Source: an uncultured Poribacteria bacterium (GTDB taxonomy: Bacteria; Poribacteria; WGA-4E; WGA-3G). From it: 64,000 bases of DNA. This document shows positions 27,854 to 37,468 of the stretch, one piece after another; the stretch's first letter is position 1; each line of letters opens with the position of its first letter. The stretch spans positions 1,064,506-1,128,505 of the forward strand of contig OX638316.1 of assembly GCA_951812525.1 (NCBI GenBank), read 5' to 3'. A program made the translations under genes and the position numbers. The notes under the pieces were generated by a model. The model saw nothing but the letters and a program-made list of their open reading frames with translations. It searched no databases and was not told where the DNA came from.

Positions 27854-30800
27854 CTAACGTCCCAAGGATATGAGGTAATCACGCACCAGTCGAATCTGTT
27901 TCTCAGCGTCATCGTCAGCATAGCCATCAAGGGGCATGTGCTGTCCACCAACGAGTGGCCATGCCTGAGGCATTGCTGTTCCCGGTTGGAAGGATTGTGG
28001 ATCTTTCATCCAATCAATAAGCCAATCCGCTTTGAGTCGTTCCTTTGCCAAAGCAAGATCTGGTCTTCCCGCTTTGTCGCTCCCTTCAGGAATAACTTCG
28101 CCCTGCGATGGGTGACAAGAGATACACTGTAGCACGTCAAAAATTTGTTTACCGACCTGTAATTCAGAGCGCGTCGGGGTCGGCGTTTCAAGCGTCTCGT
28201 ATGGGAACGGTTCATCATCAAGCGCGGAGAAATATTTGACAAGCGTTGTTGCTTCGTCATCCGACAGTTCAAATGTCGGCATCCGCACCTTGAGTCCATA
28301 GCGAATATCTGACGGTTCTTTGAGGAACGCAAATAACCAGTCTGGATAGACTCTTGCACCTTCCGCTTTCAAGGGTGGTGGTGCAAACTGCTTGGCGTTC
28401 GTCTCATTTAACCCTTCATGTGCGACGATGACATCAATATAATCGCCACCTGCACCTTCAATTTCATGGCAGCCCGTACAGTTATATTTTTTCACCAGTC
28501 GCCTGCCAGCATCAATCCGGTTTAACTTTTCGGATCGGTTATGGATATAACTAAGCGGGTACTGCTCGGGTTGGAAACCCTTCAAAAGGACAGCAAGTGC
28601 TCTCGCGTCTTCGTCGTTGATATTGAAGACAGGCATACGAGAGACAATACGGCGGGTTTGGTAACGCCGCGGATTGGTCACTTTACCAAGCGTCCACCCG
28701 GTCCAACTGTGTTCGATGCCTACCGTGTCCCCGAAGTCAAGCTCATCAGGCATTTTCGCGCCGAATTCTCCGAGATCTGCTCCGACTTTCGACTCACTTT
28801 CAAACCCGGGAATTGTGTGGCAGCCGAAACATCCGTAGGTCCTGACGAGTGCCTCACCCTCGGCTGGATCAACTTCGCCGATAGATTCGCCGGATGCATT
28901 GGGTGTTGCTTGCTGCAAACTCATCAAGTAGGCAACGGTGTTGTCAATTTCGCTATCAGTAAGCCTTAAACTCGGCATACTTGTATCTGGATCGTAGGCT
29001 TTCGGGTCGCGAATCCACTGACGGAGGTAGGTTGGTGTAACCTTTGTGCCGACGCTGTCAAGTGCGGGGGCAAAATCGCTTCCCAAGTCACCAACAGCAT
29101 GACATGTGAGACAGCCAACAGCTTTAACGGTCTCTTCACCGGCTGCAATAGCGCGTTGAGATTCAGAATAGGTTGCACTGGATTCATCAAGATCCGCATC
29201 ACTCATCTGTGCGAGGTAAGCCGCTATAGATTTCACCTCATCAACGATCCGAAGCACATAACTATCGGGATAGGGATACTCTGTACCCTCATCTGTTTTA
29301 ATGATGATACCATTCGCGGTTTTGGTGACAACACCCGTACGTTGTCCACCATTCTTGAGGTAGACAACTTGCGTCATACCATCGGCAGGGAAGAAGTTAG
29401 GCATCGTCGCGTTCGGCAGATACGCGTCGGGTTTCTTAATCCAACTTTCAAGCCAAGTGGTATCTTTTATCTTGCTACCGACTTTCGCGAGCGATGGACC
29501 GACTTTCGCGATGTCTTCAATGGCACTATAACCCTCTACAGCGTGGCAGCCGTGGCAGCCCAAATCTTCAAAGAGTGCCAAACCCTTTGTGAGATGAGGG
29601 GCATAGTCTTGGGGTTCATCTGTTTCAGGATTTACGCCGTAATCTAACATCATCACACCATCGTGGCAGCGGCGGCAATTAGATTCCATATATCCCGCTG
29701 TCTCTTCGGAGGTTCTACCGGTATGCTCATCCATCCCGAGTACAGGGGTAAGCCAATATTCGGCATGGGTCAAAGCGTGTGCGGATTTCGCTGTAAGTGC
29801 CTGTCCTTGTCCACCGTGGCAGAGCGTACATCCGAATTTATCAACAGGGTGTTTTGCGAGGAGAACATCGCGATGCGGGTGTGTCTGGAGTACCGAACGA
29901 TAGCCGGTCTCATAAGAGATCTCTACTTCGCCGAAAACATCTACGTCAGTGAAAGTGAGGGTGCCGTTTTCTTCTAATGTATATTCATCAGGTTCAGCAT
30001 CAAATCCATCAATTATGATCGACTCACTACCTACTTTAACACTTGAGTGTTTGAGACGATGAACAACAGGATTTTCGCCGTCACCTTCTACTTCAAACAT
30101 CTCTTGCGCCGATTGTTCGTAGCCGCTGCTATCGGCAGAAAAGTGACACGTAGCGCATCTGTCTGCAGTATGACTAAAGTCTTCAAGATAGTATTGAACG
30201 ATGGTTCGCGTTTCACGGAACGGATTTTCCAAGAGACTTCCAAGAAAGGTTCTTTTAATACCGCCGACCGAATGCAACTTTTCCTCAAGGCGTGTGACCT
30301 CGTCATATTTTGATTTGTCGGCTTGCAGCGATTGAAGGGCATCTTGCGCAGTGGCAATACCTTCAGCTATTTCTGTATCGGTAGCGTTATATTTCAGTGC
30401 AATGAGGTAGGTACTGAGTGCACGCTGCGGGTCGTCACTATTTTGATAGAACTGTGCCAACGCCTTGTTTTCGTTTGCGAAGGTTGCTTCTGCTGCTAAA
30501 ACGGCTTCGGTCAGTTCACCTTCAATCCGAGATTCATAATCAGCTAACTTTTTCTGCCACTTGTCAACAGTCTCATTGTGTCTACCCTTCGCTTCGTGGA
30601 GGCTATGCTGATATTTATAGTTAACCGCATCTGATTCGCTCTGCCGGAATTTGCGTGCTTGCAGTGCTTCCTCAAGTGCAACCTGTGCGTTCTCCACATT
30701 CTTCGTCAATCTTCGTAATTCTTTCGAATCAGGCTCTTGAGGTGTGGGGAGTTCGGGCAAATTCGACATTGCATTTGCTAATTCTAATTGTGTCTTCTCA

Positions 30801-30982
30801 TACTCGTATTGATAAAACTGCTGTTGAATCTGCTTCCACGGACGGCGGGTGATCATCTCACTCCAGAATCCCCAAATAGTTACCAGTCCTAACAGTGCGG
30901 ACAAAATAAAGAACAAAGCAGAATATGATTTATTCTCAGCAGGAATTTCTTTATTGCTCCTCACGAAATTTTCTACCTCCAT
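27854..30982 (-). CDS. 1042-aa membrane-anchored octahaem c-type cytochrome with an N-terminal coiled-coil-like region.
   Basis: Eight CxxCH motifs: CATCH, CTLCH, CRRCH, CHGCH, CLTCH, CFGCH, CTGCH, CISCH. TM anchor YSALFFILSALLGLVTIWGFW. Located in the Rieske/cyt b operon. Confidence 0.8.
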   Translation of the reverse strand: MEVENFVRSNKEIPAENKSYSALFFILSALLGLVTIWGFWSEMITRRPWKQIQQQFYQYEYEKTQLELANAMSNLPELPTPQEPDSKELRRLTKNVENAQVALEEALQARKFRQSESDAVNYKYQHSLHEAKGRHNETVDKWQKKLADYESRIEGELTEAVLAAEATFANENKALAQFYQNSDDPQRALSTYLIALKYNATDTEIAEGIATAQDALQSLQADKSKYDEVTRLEEKLHSVGGIKRTFLGSLLENPFRETRTIVQYYLEDFSHTADRCATCHFSADSSGYEQSAQEMFEVEGDGENPVVHRLKHSSVKVGSESIIIDGFDAEPDEYTLEENGTLTFTDVDVFGEVEISYETGYRSVLQTHPHRDVLLAKHPVDKFGCTLCHGGQGQALTAKSAHALTHAEYWLTPVLGMDEHTGRTSEETAGYMESNCRRCHDGVMMLDYGVNPETDEPQDYAPHLTKGLALFEDLGCHGCHAVEGYSAIEDIAKVGPSLAKVGSKIKDTTWLESWIKKPDAYLPNATMPNFFPADGMTQVVYLKNGGQRTGVVTKTANGIIIKTDEGTEYPYPDSYVLRIVDEVKSIAAYLAQMSDADLDESSATYSESQRAIAAGEETVKAVGCLTCHAVGDLGSDFAPALDSVGTKVTPTYLRQWIRDPKAYDPDTSMPSLRLTDSEIDNTVAYLMSLQQATPNASGESIGEVDPAEGEALVRTYGCFGCHTIPGFESESKVGADLGEFGAKMPDELDFGDTVGIEHSWTGWTLGKVTNPRRYQTRRIVSRMPVFNINDEDARALAVLLKGFQPEQYPLSYIHNRSEKLNRIDAGRRLVKKYNCTGCHEIEGAGGDYIDVIVAHEGLNETNAKQFAPPPLKAEGARVYPDWLFAFLKEPSDIRYGLKVRMPTFELSDDEATTLVKYFSALDDEPFPYETLETPTPTRSELQVGKQIFDVLQCISCHPSQGEVIPEGSDKAGRPDLALAKERLKADWLIDWMKDPQSFQPGTAMPQAWPLVGGQHMPLDGYADDDAEKQIRLVRDYLISLGR

Positions 30983-31046
30983 GTCAATTAATGCATCAGG
31001 ATGTCCTTAGTTAAGGTCTGCAGATGTTAGTACAAATCCTTCTCCC

Positions 31047-31913
31047 CTATATGTTGAACCACGGGGATACCCAGATATATTTCACATTGAAGAATATGCG
31101 CAAGATCATTTTTATTGGCAGTGCGAGCATGGTTAAGAACAGAAATGAGACGATGACGTATCGAACGAGACCGAGTTCCTGCAAGAAACGGCTACTATTC
31201 CGCTTCCATAAGTAGAAAATCGGGCCGACCGAGAAATAACCTGCCACGACGATGAATCCAAAGAAGTTTGCGGTATTTTCACCTCGGATGCCGAAAAGAT
31301 AGGACAGATTCACGTTCGTTAGCGGCACGACAAGGTGTGGGTCCCACGCTTCCCACGGCGCGAAGAAGTTCCATCCAGGTCCCCTGAGGAATGTACCGAC
31401 GACCATCAGGACGATCCATAAAATGATGAATCCGAAAGAGAACACTCCGAGTGCGAACGGACGTTCCTTAATTGTATAATAACCCTTGCCCTTGGGATTA
31501 ATGTCAATGTAGGGAATAGCAATCAACCCGGCAATAATCAACCCTGGTAACACCACGCCTGCGATCCAAGGGTCGAAGTAGACGAGCATTTCCTGTAGTG
31601 CGAGGAAATACCAAGGTGCTTTAGAAGGGTTCGGCGTTTTTGTTGGATCGCTCGGTTCTTCAAGCGGCGCGTCAATCATAATCGACCAAACACCTAAGAC
31701 CAACATAGTAATAATTGCGCAGATAAACTCATTTCGGCACAGATAGGGCCAGACGTAGACTTTATCATTAAGGGCTGCATCTGAGGGAACACCTGTCTTG
31801 TCAGTCTGGCGTGCCTGCCGGTACGAAAGCCAGATGAAATAAGGTATCAAAAAGAGAATAGCAACAATGGGGACATTATCCGGCTTCGTCACCAGTGCTA
31901 AAAAATGCTCCAT
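31047..31913 (-). CDS. Cytochrome b C-terminal-domain protein (PetD/subunit-IV-like half of a split cytochrome b), extended.
   Basis: PNPSKAPWYFLALQEML carries the PEWY-type motif of the cyt b C-terminal domain. Multiple TM helices. Confidence 0.7.
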   Translation of the reverse strand: MEHFLALVTKPDNVPIVAILFLIPYFIWLSYRQARQTDKTGVPSDAALNDKVYVWPYLCRNEFICAIITMLVLGVWSIMIDAPLEEPSDPTKTPNPSKAPWYFLALQEMLVYFDPWIAGVVLPGLIIAGLIAIPYIDINPKGKGYYTIKERPFALGVFSFGFIILWIVLMVVGTFLRGPGWNFFAPWEAWDPHLVVPLTNVNLSYLFGIRGENTANFFGFIVVAGYFSVGPIFYLWKRNSSRFLQELGLVRYVIVSFLFLTMLALPIKMILRIFFNVKYIWVSPWFNI

Positions 31914-32001
31914 ATTCTGCTCCTTTGAAGATTGGATTCCTTGCCCGTGCTAACAGAAACTGCGTTCCGCCGCCACAAAAGACGTATTTTTAGAACTCCT
32001 T

Positions 32002-32772
32002 TTATAGTGGTCCGGAGATGCCGCCATCTTTACGCACACGCCAGAAATGCAAAGCCATCAGGACGCTCGCCAAAAGTGGCACAGCGACGCAGTGTAAAAT
32101 ATAGAACCTTAACAGCGTTGAGGGTCCTACGATTGTACCCGCGAGCAGCGCAAATCGGACATCGTTTGATTGTGTAATGTCTTGTGGTGCAAACGGACCT
32201 TCGTGTCCCAAAACCGGTGTTGCGCGTGCCATATTCGTACCGACAGTGACCGCCCAAAATGCCAACTGATCCCACGGCAAGAGATAGCCGGTGAAACTGA
32301 GGAAAAACGTCACGAGTAACAAGATGACCCCGACTGCCCAGTTGAATTCTCGTGGTTTCTTATACGAACCGGTCAAGAAGACTCTGAACATGTGTAGCAT
32401 GACCGAAATAACCATTCCGTGTGCTGCCCAGCGATGCATGTTGCGGAGTAGCATTCCGAAAGGTATATCAAATTCGAGGTACTGTACATCGTGGAAGGCA
32501 TATTCAGCCGTAGGACGATAGTAGAACATGAGGAGTACGCCCGTGACGGCAGTCACAAGAAACATGAGAAAGGTGATGCCGCCCATACACCATGTAAAGC
32601 GGAAGTTCAACGCATGGCGAGAAACGCGAGGAGGATGGAGATGCAACCAGACGTTTTGGAGGATTTGTAGGGTGTAACGGCGCCCCGTGTCTTCATATCC
32701 GTGGCGGAATATAGAGCGCCAAATATCAGAATTGGTAATCTTTTCTTTCAGCCCTTTACGTTCTTCGTTCAT
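32002..32772 (-). CDS. Cytochrome b6-like N-terminal half of split cytochrome b, carrying the haem b His ligands.
   Basis: RNMHRWAAHGMVISVMLHMFRVFLTGSY and TFFLSFTGYLLPWDQLAFWAVTV are typical of cyt b/b6. Confidence 0.85.
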   Translation of the reverse strand: MNEERKGLKEKITNSDIWRSIFRHGYEDTGRRYTLQILQNVWLHLHPPRVSRHALNFRFTWCMGGITFLMFLVTAVTGVLLMFYYRPTAEYAFHDVQYLEFDIPFGMLLRNMHRWAAHGMVISVMLHMFRVFLTGSYKKPREFNWAVGVILLLVTFFLSFTGYLLPWDQLAFWAVTVGTNMARATPVLGHEGPFAPQDITQSNDVRFALLAGTIVGPSTLLRFYILHCVAVPLLASVLMALHFWRVRKDGGISGPL

Positions 32773-32857
32773 ACTGTCTATCGCAGGCTTCGACGTATAG
32801 ATGCGCCGAAACGCCTTTTCTACCTAACCGAAGCTAGGCGCGAATGCTCTCCTTTCT

Positions 32858-33346
32858 TCAGACCTTCAAAAAGGAGCCTGGGTCGGTCCACTGCCCCTTC
32901 TCACCTAAAAACTTCACAGACTTATCAATCTCGATCTGACCATCTTCTGCCAATGTAATTTTAACACGCTCAAGGGGACGTGGGGCGGGACCTTCGTAGT
33001 TAATGCCCTCTCGGTCGAAACCGCTACCGTGACATGGACACTTGAATTTGTTTTCAGACCCGAGCCATCGCGGTGTACACCCGAGGTGTGTACAAATCGT
33101 TAAGAGTGCATAGAATTCACCGTCCTGTTTCCGAACAATCCAGACACCGAACGGCTCTTTTTTATACTTTTCGCTAACACTACCGGGCGGATATTCTGCC
33201 GGGAGTCCTGCTTTAAAGATAGAGGAAGGTTCAAACAATACGCGTGGATACAGGTACCGGACCAACCCCGGTCCGAAAGTCAGACCTAATGCTGCAACGA
33301 AATTCCCCCAACCGAGAAATTTAAAAAATTTACGACGAGATACCAC
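32858..33346 (-). CDS. Rieske [2Fe-2S] iron-sulfur protein with a Tat signal.
   Basis: Twin-arginine SRRKFFKF. Rieske boxes CTHLGC and CPCHGS. Confidence 0.9.
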   Translation of the reverse strand: MVSRRKFFKFLGWGNFVAALGLTFGPGLVRYLYPRVLFEPSSIFKAGLPAEYPPGSVSEKYKKEPFGVWIVRKQDGEFYALLTICTHLGCTPRWLGSENKFKCPCHGSGFDREGINYEGPAPRPLERVKITLAEDGQIEIDKSVKFLGEKGQWTDPGSFLKV

Positions 33347-33714
33347 TTATACCCCCGATTTTGTAGGTGGACGCTTAGGCGTCGGCACTACGAATTAAAG
33401 GTAAACTGTCTACATTATAACCTAAGCCGAGATAAATGTCATCAAAATCCTTTTACTTGAAAGCCTGCCGTCCACAGACAAGACACACTCACCGATTTCA
33501 AGGTGATTCCATTAAAAAACACAAAGTTCGTTCCAAGCAATTTTGCATTTTGAGCGTTAATTATTATAACATGTCTTCACAAGTTTGTCAACCGTTTTTT
33601 GAATTTTTCTATGAGTATATGTTTTTCGGTTTTTGGCTTCCAATTTTCGGTTGTTAACAGCCAATAAGAACGGCAGTCGGCAACCAGCAACCAGCAATTG
33701 GTAATCAACAAATT

Positions 33715-33746
33715 TTGTTCAATTCCCCGATGATTTGTGCTACAAT
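33715..33746 (+). promoter_or_regulatory. Sigma70-like promoter with an extended -10 (TGcTACAAT) upstream of the LamG gene.
   Basis: TACAAT at 33741-33746 preceded by TG. A weak -35 (TTCAAT/TTGTTC) lies 17-20 nt upstream. The RBS AAGGAG is at 33792-33797. Confidence 0.4.
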
Positions 33747-33798
33747 CTACCCTGAAGATTTCTGGTTCCACAAAATCAATGCTGATAGACAAAGGAGA

Positions 33799-34593
33799 AT
33801 GAAGATGGCTCGCTTTATAATCAGTTTAATCGTCATAGGTTTCATGTTCGCACAACTCGGCAATGCTGAAGTCGATCCCGGATCTATTGTCGGAGCGTGG
33901 TTGTTTGATGAAACAGGTGGAAAAGTCGCCAAAGATTCATCCGATAATGGTAATGACGGCGACCTCGTCGGTGGTGCCAAATGGGTGAAGGGCAAAATTG
34001 GCAACGCTATTGAGCTTAATGGTAAGGACGCTTGGGTAACTGTTCCAGAGATTGGACCGCTTGAAGACTTCACGCTCATGAAATGGTTTAATTCGACCGG
34101 ACGCGTCGGACTGTGGAGATGTTTCTTTAACCGTGACGGTTGGTCTCCTGGATTCGTCCATTACCAATTTCGACCCGACAACAAAATGGAAATGGCGATC
34201 CACTCCAACAATCCCGTGCGACATCCGGGTTGGCCCAATTCGGAGTTCACGGCGGATAAGGATATTTTGAACGAGTGGTTCCATCTCGCCGTTGCTTATA
34301 GCAGCAACGATGAATCGGTTCAGGTCTATTTTGATGGCGAACTTGATGCAGAGGGAAAATGGGGACCCTTGCCTGGGGAATTTGGACCCGGACGTATCGG
34401 TTCCTGGGATGGTGGTGGAAGAGAGTGGGAGGGTATGTTTGATGAAATGATACTCTTCGATGTCGCACTTGAGGAAGACGATATTCAGATGCTCATGGAG
34501 AATGGATTAGAAGCCACACTCGCTGTCGAAGCGGCGGGTAAACTTGGAACAGTTTGGGGAGACATTAAGTCGGGACGGATGCAAGATAGATAG
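33799..34593 (+). CDS. Secreted LamG-like (Laminin_G_3, concanavalin-A-like jellyroll) protein with the conserved C-terminal tail.
   Basis: Start MKMARFIISLIVIGFMFAQLGNA (signal peptide). IVGAWLFDETGGKVAKDSSDNGNDGDLVGGAKWVKGKIGNAIELNG is the classic Laminin_G_3 signature. The C-terminus is ...ATLAVEAAGKLGTVWGDIKSGRMQDR. Confidence 0.8.
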   Translation: MKMARFIISLIVIGFMFAQLGNAEVDPGSIVGAWLFDETGGKVAKDSSDNGNDGDLVGGAKWVKGKIGNAIELNGKDAWVTVPEIGPLEDFTLMKWFNSTGRVGLWRCFFNRDGWSPGFVHYQFRPDNKMEMAIHSNNPVRHPGWPNSEFTADKDILNEWFHLAVAYSSNDESVQVYFDGELDAEGKWGPLPGEFGPGRIGSWDGGGREWEGMFDEMILFDVALEEDDIQMLMENGLEATLAVEAAGKLGTVWGDIKSGRMQDR

Positions 34594-34722
34594 TCGCGAA
34601 CGATGAATCGGTGAGTTTTTGTTTTCTCTAAAAAAGAGGTGTTTAACAGGATACGGACGGATTTAGAAATCCGTCCGTATATTATTTCAGATACTACGAT
34701 CAAGACCAAAGCCCACGGAAAA

Positions 34723-37311
34723 TTAATGGATAATCTTCACATTAAGAATAGGACTATCCTGTATAAAGGCTTTGTTGTTAATCGTCGCAGAACCCCGGAA
34801 CTTGAACTGGTAGGTATCCGCTTTCAAAGAACTGAGCACCTGTAGCGGAACTTTGACTTCCGTTTCATCCGCTGGGATAGTTGCACCTTCCGTAGTGAAA
34901 CCTTCCGGTACATCAATCGGTGTCAGCGTGAGTTCGTCCGTAAAGCCGCCCTGCCGGACTATCGCTAACGTCAATATCGCCTCTTTTGTAAGCGGCATTT
35001 CACCTTCGGTTGCTTCGACATCTGCCGTCAGGTTTGCTGCGATGGCTACGGTCCCGCTATCTTGCACCGTGACGGTATCATCTTTTGCCTTTGCTGGGAA
35101 GACAATGCTAAAACGCAAAGGTTCAACCGTTACAATGAACGGTGCCTCCATGACAGTCAAAGGAATAGCAGGCGTCGAGTGTTTAACTACCTCGCTATTG
35201 ACAGTCGCTGTTCCGGTAACCGAAATGTAGCTTGTGCCGGGGGTCGGCAAAACAGAAAACTCTTCTCTCCTCTCGAAACTCCCAGCTTTAACCGAAAGCG
35301 TTGCCTCCGTTTCACCTTCAGCAATAGTAACAGGTTTTTTGGTAACCGGATCAGGCAGCACGGAAACGCGATTCGGGAGTCCTGATACCGATAATTGGAT
35401 CGGACCGACGAAGTCACCGTGTCGTTTCGCTGTCACATGGAGATCGACAGATTTGTTGTGTACAGCACTTAATCCGATTTCTGCGACTGTGAGTGTGAAT
35501 TCGGGTGCATCCATCACGGTCAGCAGGATCGGTGAAGGGGTGGCGATGCGTTCTATCTGGCGACCACCAACAGCACAAACCCCAACGATAGAGAGTGGCA
35601 TCAGTCCGAGTGGTGCATCCCAAGGAGCCGTTATCGTGAGCATTGCCCGGTCTTGTTCTGCGGCAACAATAGTAGAACTCACATCAAACGTATTCGGGAG
35701 AGCTGGACAGAGCAGGCGAATTGGACCGTCGAATTCGTCGAAACGGGTAACATTAACTTGTAGTGTGACACTACTGCCCCTGCTGACGCGCGGGTTATCG
35801 AAAGGAGATGGCACATTTCGATTATCAAGTGCAATTACTCTGAGTTCGCAGTCTGGTTCCAACGGACGGATGTTTAGCCGGTAGGCGTAGGATTCACCAC
35901 CCTGGTTGTTCAGATCGCGAATGGTGATAGAATACTTTCCAGCTTCCTCAAAATTCCAGTCAATACGCGCATCGGCAAGCGTATTGGCATCAATAGGATC
36001 GTCATTCACTATCAAGACCTGTTCTTTTTCATCACCCCACACCATCTCTTCCGAGGCTTCTCCCATCGGTTTTCCGGGACCGTATAGCGTGAGGAGGGCA
36101 TCAAGTTTCGATGACAACTTCAGTGCTTCTACCTCGAAAACGAGGAGTTGTGGCTCTTTAATCTCAAACGAAAACCGATCCACATCGCCAGATTTGTCGA
36201 TTTTCCCGTTGAGCGTTATCGGGGTCGTCACAGCATTTGCGTTTCCAGCTGTATTATTCGGTTCAGTCTCTACCATTTCCTCTAAATTTCCGATAGCGAA
36301 GGGGCGGACATTGGTTGCCAATCCGGAGGATGTCTGTACCCGCAGAGACTGTTCACCTGCCGGTGTTTCGGCACCGATTGAGACCTGTATAGACTCCACC
36401 GTTTCAAGGTTCGCGCCAGTGACGGCGATTGTATTTTCAGTGCCACGGCGTCCACCAAGAGGAAAAATTGTTTCAAGATACGGTAACTCACCGATGCTCA
36501 ATCGATAGCCATACCCATCTCCACCTTTGTAACGAATATCGCGAATGTGAAGCGTGTACTTCCCAGTCCCAAGCACTGTGTAATCCAGCACGGAATCTAA
36601 GCCGTCTCCAAGTCCGCTGTTGGCGACCTTCATTCCGTTAGCATCCTTGAGAACGAGGTAGGAATCCAAGAGTGAACCTATCCGTTGCGCGTTCACTTCG
36701 CAGATAAGCCGTGCGTCCTTTTTCAGTTCAAAGGTGAAACTATCTTCATCGTCAATTGAGTCAATTTTGCCGTTAACAGTGACAGGGACTGCAAGCCAAT
36801 CGTTTCCCATTTTAGGCGTTTCAGCCATCTCCGCTTCCACGACTTCTCGCAGGTTTCCAATGACGAAACTGCCTGCGTTGGAAGCACCATAAGGTGTAAC
36901 GACGCGTATCTGTTGAACACCGAGTGGAGCACTGGAGGAAATCGTCAGAAATGCGACCAACTGTCCATCGGTAGGGATATGCCCAGAAACGCCAGCACCG
37001 TTAAAGAGGACAGCAGCTTGTCCGGTTTTCTCCCTAATTTCAGCAGTGATACCGCTGCCACTGAACCAGACTGCGGTTGCTGTGCCGAGATTTGTGCCTG
37101 TGATCGTGACTTCTACGCTCCGTCCCTGTTGACCGCCTTGTGGAAAGACCGTTGTCAAGGTCGGTACAGTAGACAAGGTCGGTTGTACTTGGGCGGACGT
37201 GAAACTAACCGCCAAGAAAAAGATCCATAGGACAAGAAAGGACTGTTTTGTTAAGAGATGAGAAAGCGGCGAATTAACCCGTCTCCTCTGCCGAAATAAC
37301 ATGTTAGGCAT
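34723..37311 (-). CDS. Large secreted protein with Ig-like/IPT repeats and two pre-peptidase C-terminal (PPC) domains.
   Basis: Signal peptide. Two PPC signatures: NDWLAVPVTVNGKIDSIDDEDSFTFELKKDARLICEVNAQRIGSLLDSYLVLKDANGMKVANSGLG..GKYTLHIRD and EPNNTAGNANAVTTPITLNGKIDKSGDVDRFSFEI...LDALLTLYG...NDDPIDANTLADARID..GKYSITIRD. Confidence 0.7.
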   Translation of the reverse strand: MPNMLFRQRRRVNSPLSHLLTKQSFLVLWIFFLAVSFTSAQVQPTLSTVPTLTTVFPQGGQQGRSVEVTITGTNLGTATAVWFSGSGITAEIREKTGQAAVLFNGAGVSGHIPTDGQLVAFLTISSSAPLGVQQIRVVTPYGASNAGSFVIGNLREVVEAEMAETPKMGNDWLAVPVTVNGKIDSIDDEDSFTFELKKDARLICEVNAQRIGSLLDSYLVLKDANGMKVANSGLGDGLDSVLDYTVLGTGKYTLHIRDIRYKGGDGYGYRLSIGELPYLETIFPLGGRRGTENTIAVTGANLETVESIQVSIGAETPAGEQSLRVQTSSGLATNVRPFAIGNLEEMVETEPNNTAGNANAVTTPITLNGKIDKSGDVDRFSFEIKEPQLLVFEVEALKLSSKLDALLTLYGPGKPMGEASEEMVWGDEKEQVLIVNDDPIDANTLADARIDWNFEEAGKYSITIRDLNNQGGESYAYRLNIRPLEPDCELRVIALDNRNVPSPFDNPRVSRGSSVTLQVNVTRFDEFDGPIRLLCPALPNTFDVSSTIVAAEQDRAMLTITAPWDAPLGLMPLSIVGVCAVGGRQIERIATPSPILLTVMDAPEFTLTVAEIGLSAVHNKSVDLHVTAKRHGDFVGPIQLSVSGLPNRVSVLPDPVTKKPVTIAEGETEATLSVKAGSFERREEFSVLPTPGTSYISVTGTATVNSEVVKHSTPAIPLTVMEAPFIVTVEPLRFSIVFPAKAKDDTVTVQDSGTVAIAANLTADVEATEGEMPLTKEAILTLAIVRQGGFTDELTLTPIDVPEGFTTEGATIPADETEVKVPLQVLSSLKADTYQFKFRGSATINNKAFIQDSPILNVKIIH

Positions 37312-37468
37312 TGTCGATCACCTTATGTTTTCAGTAGTGAAAAGCCTGCTCATCAGCAAGCATTTATCAATCCGACCGAGTCGATCGAATCTTCTTTGCT
37401 TTACACTGAGCAGGCTTAACAAAAATCGGTGTTGATTACGCTATATCAGCGAACCACTGTAAAACCGT

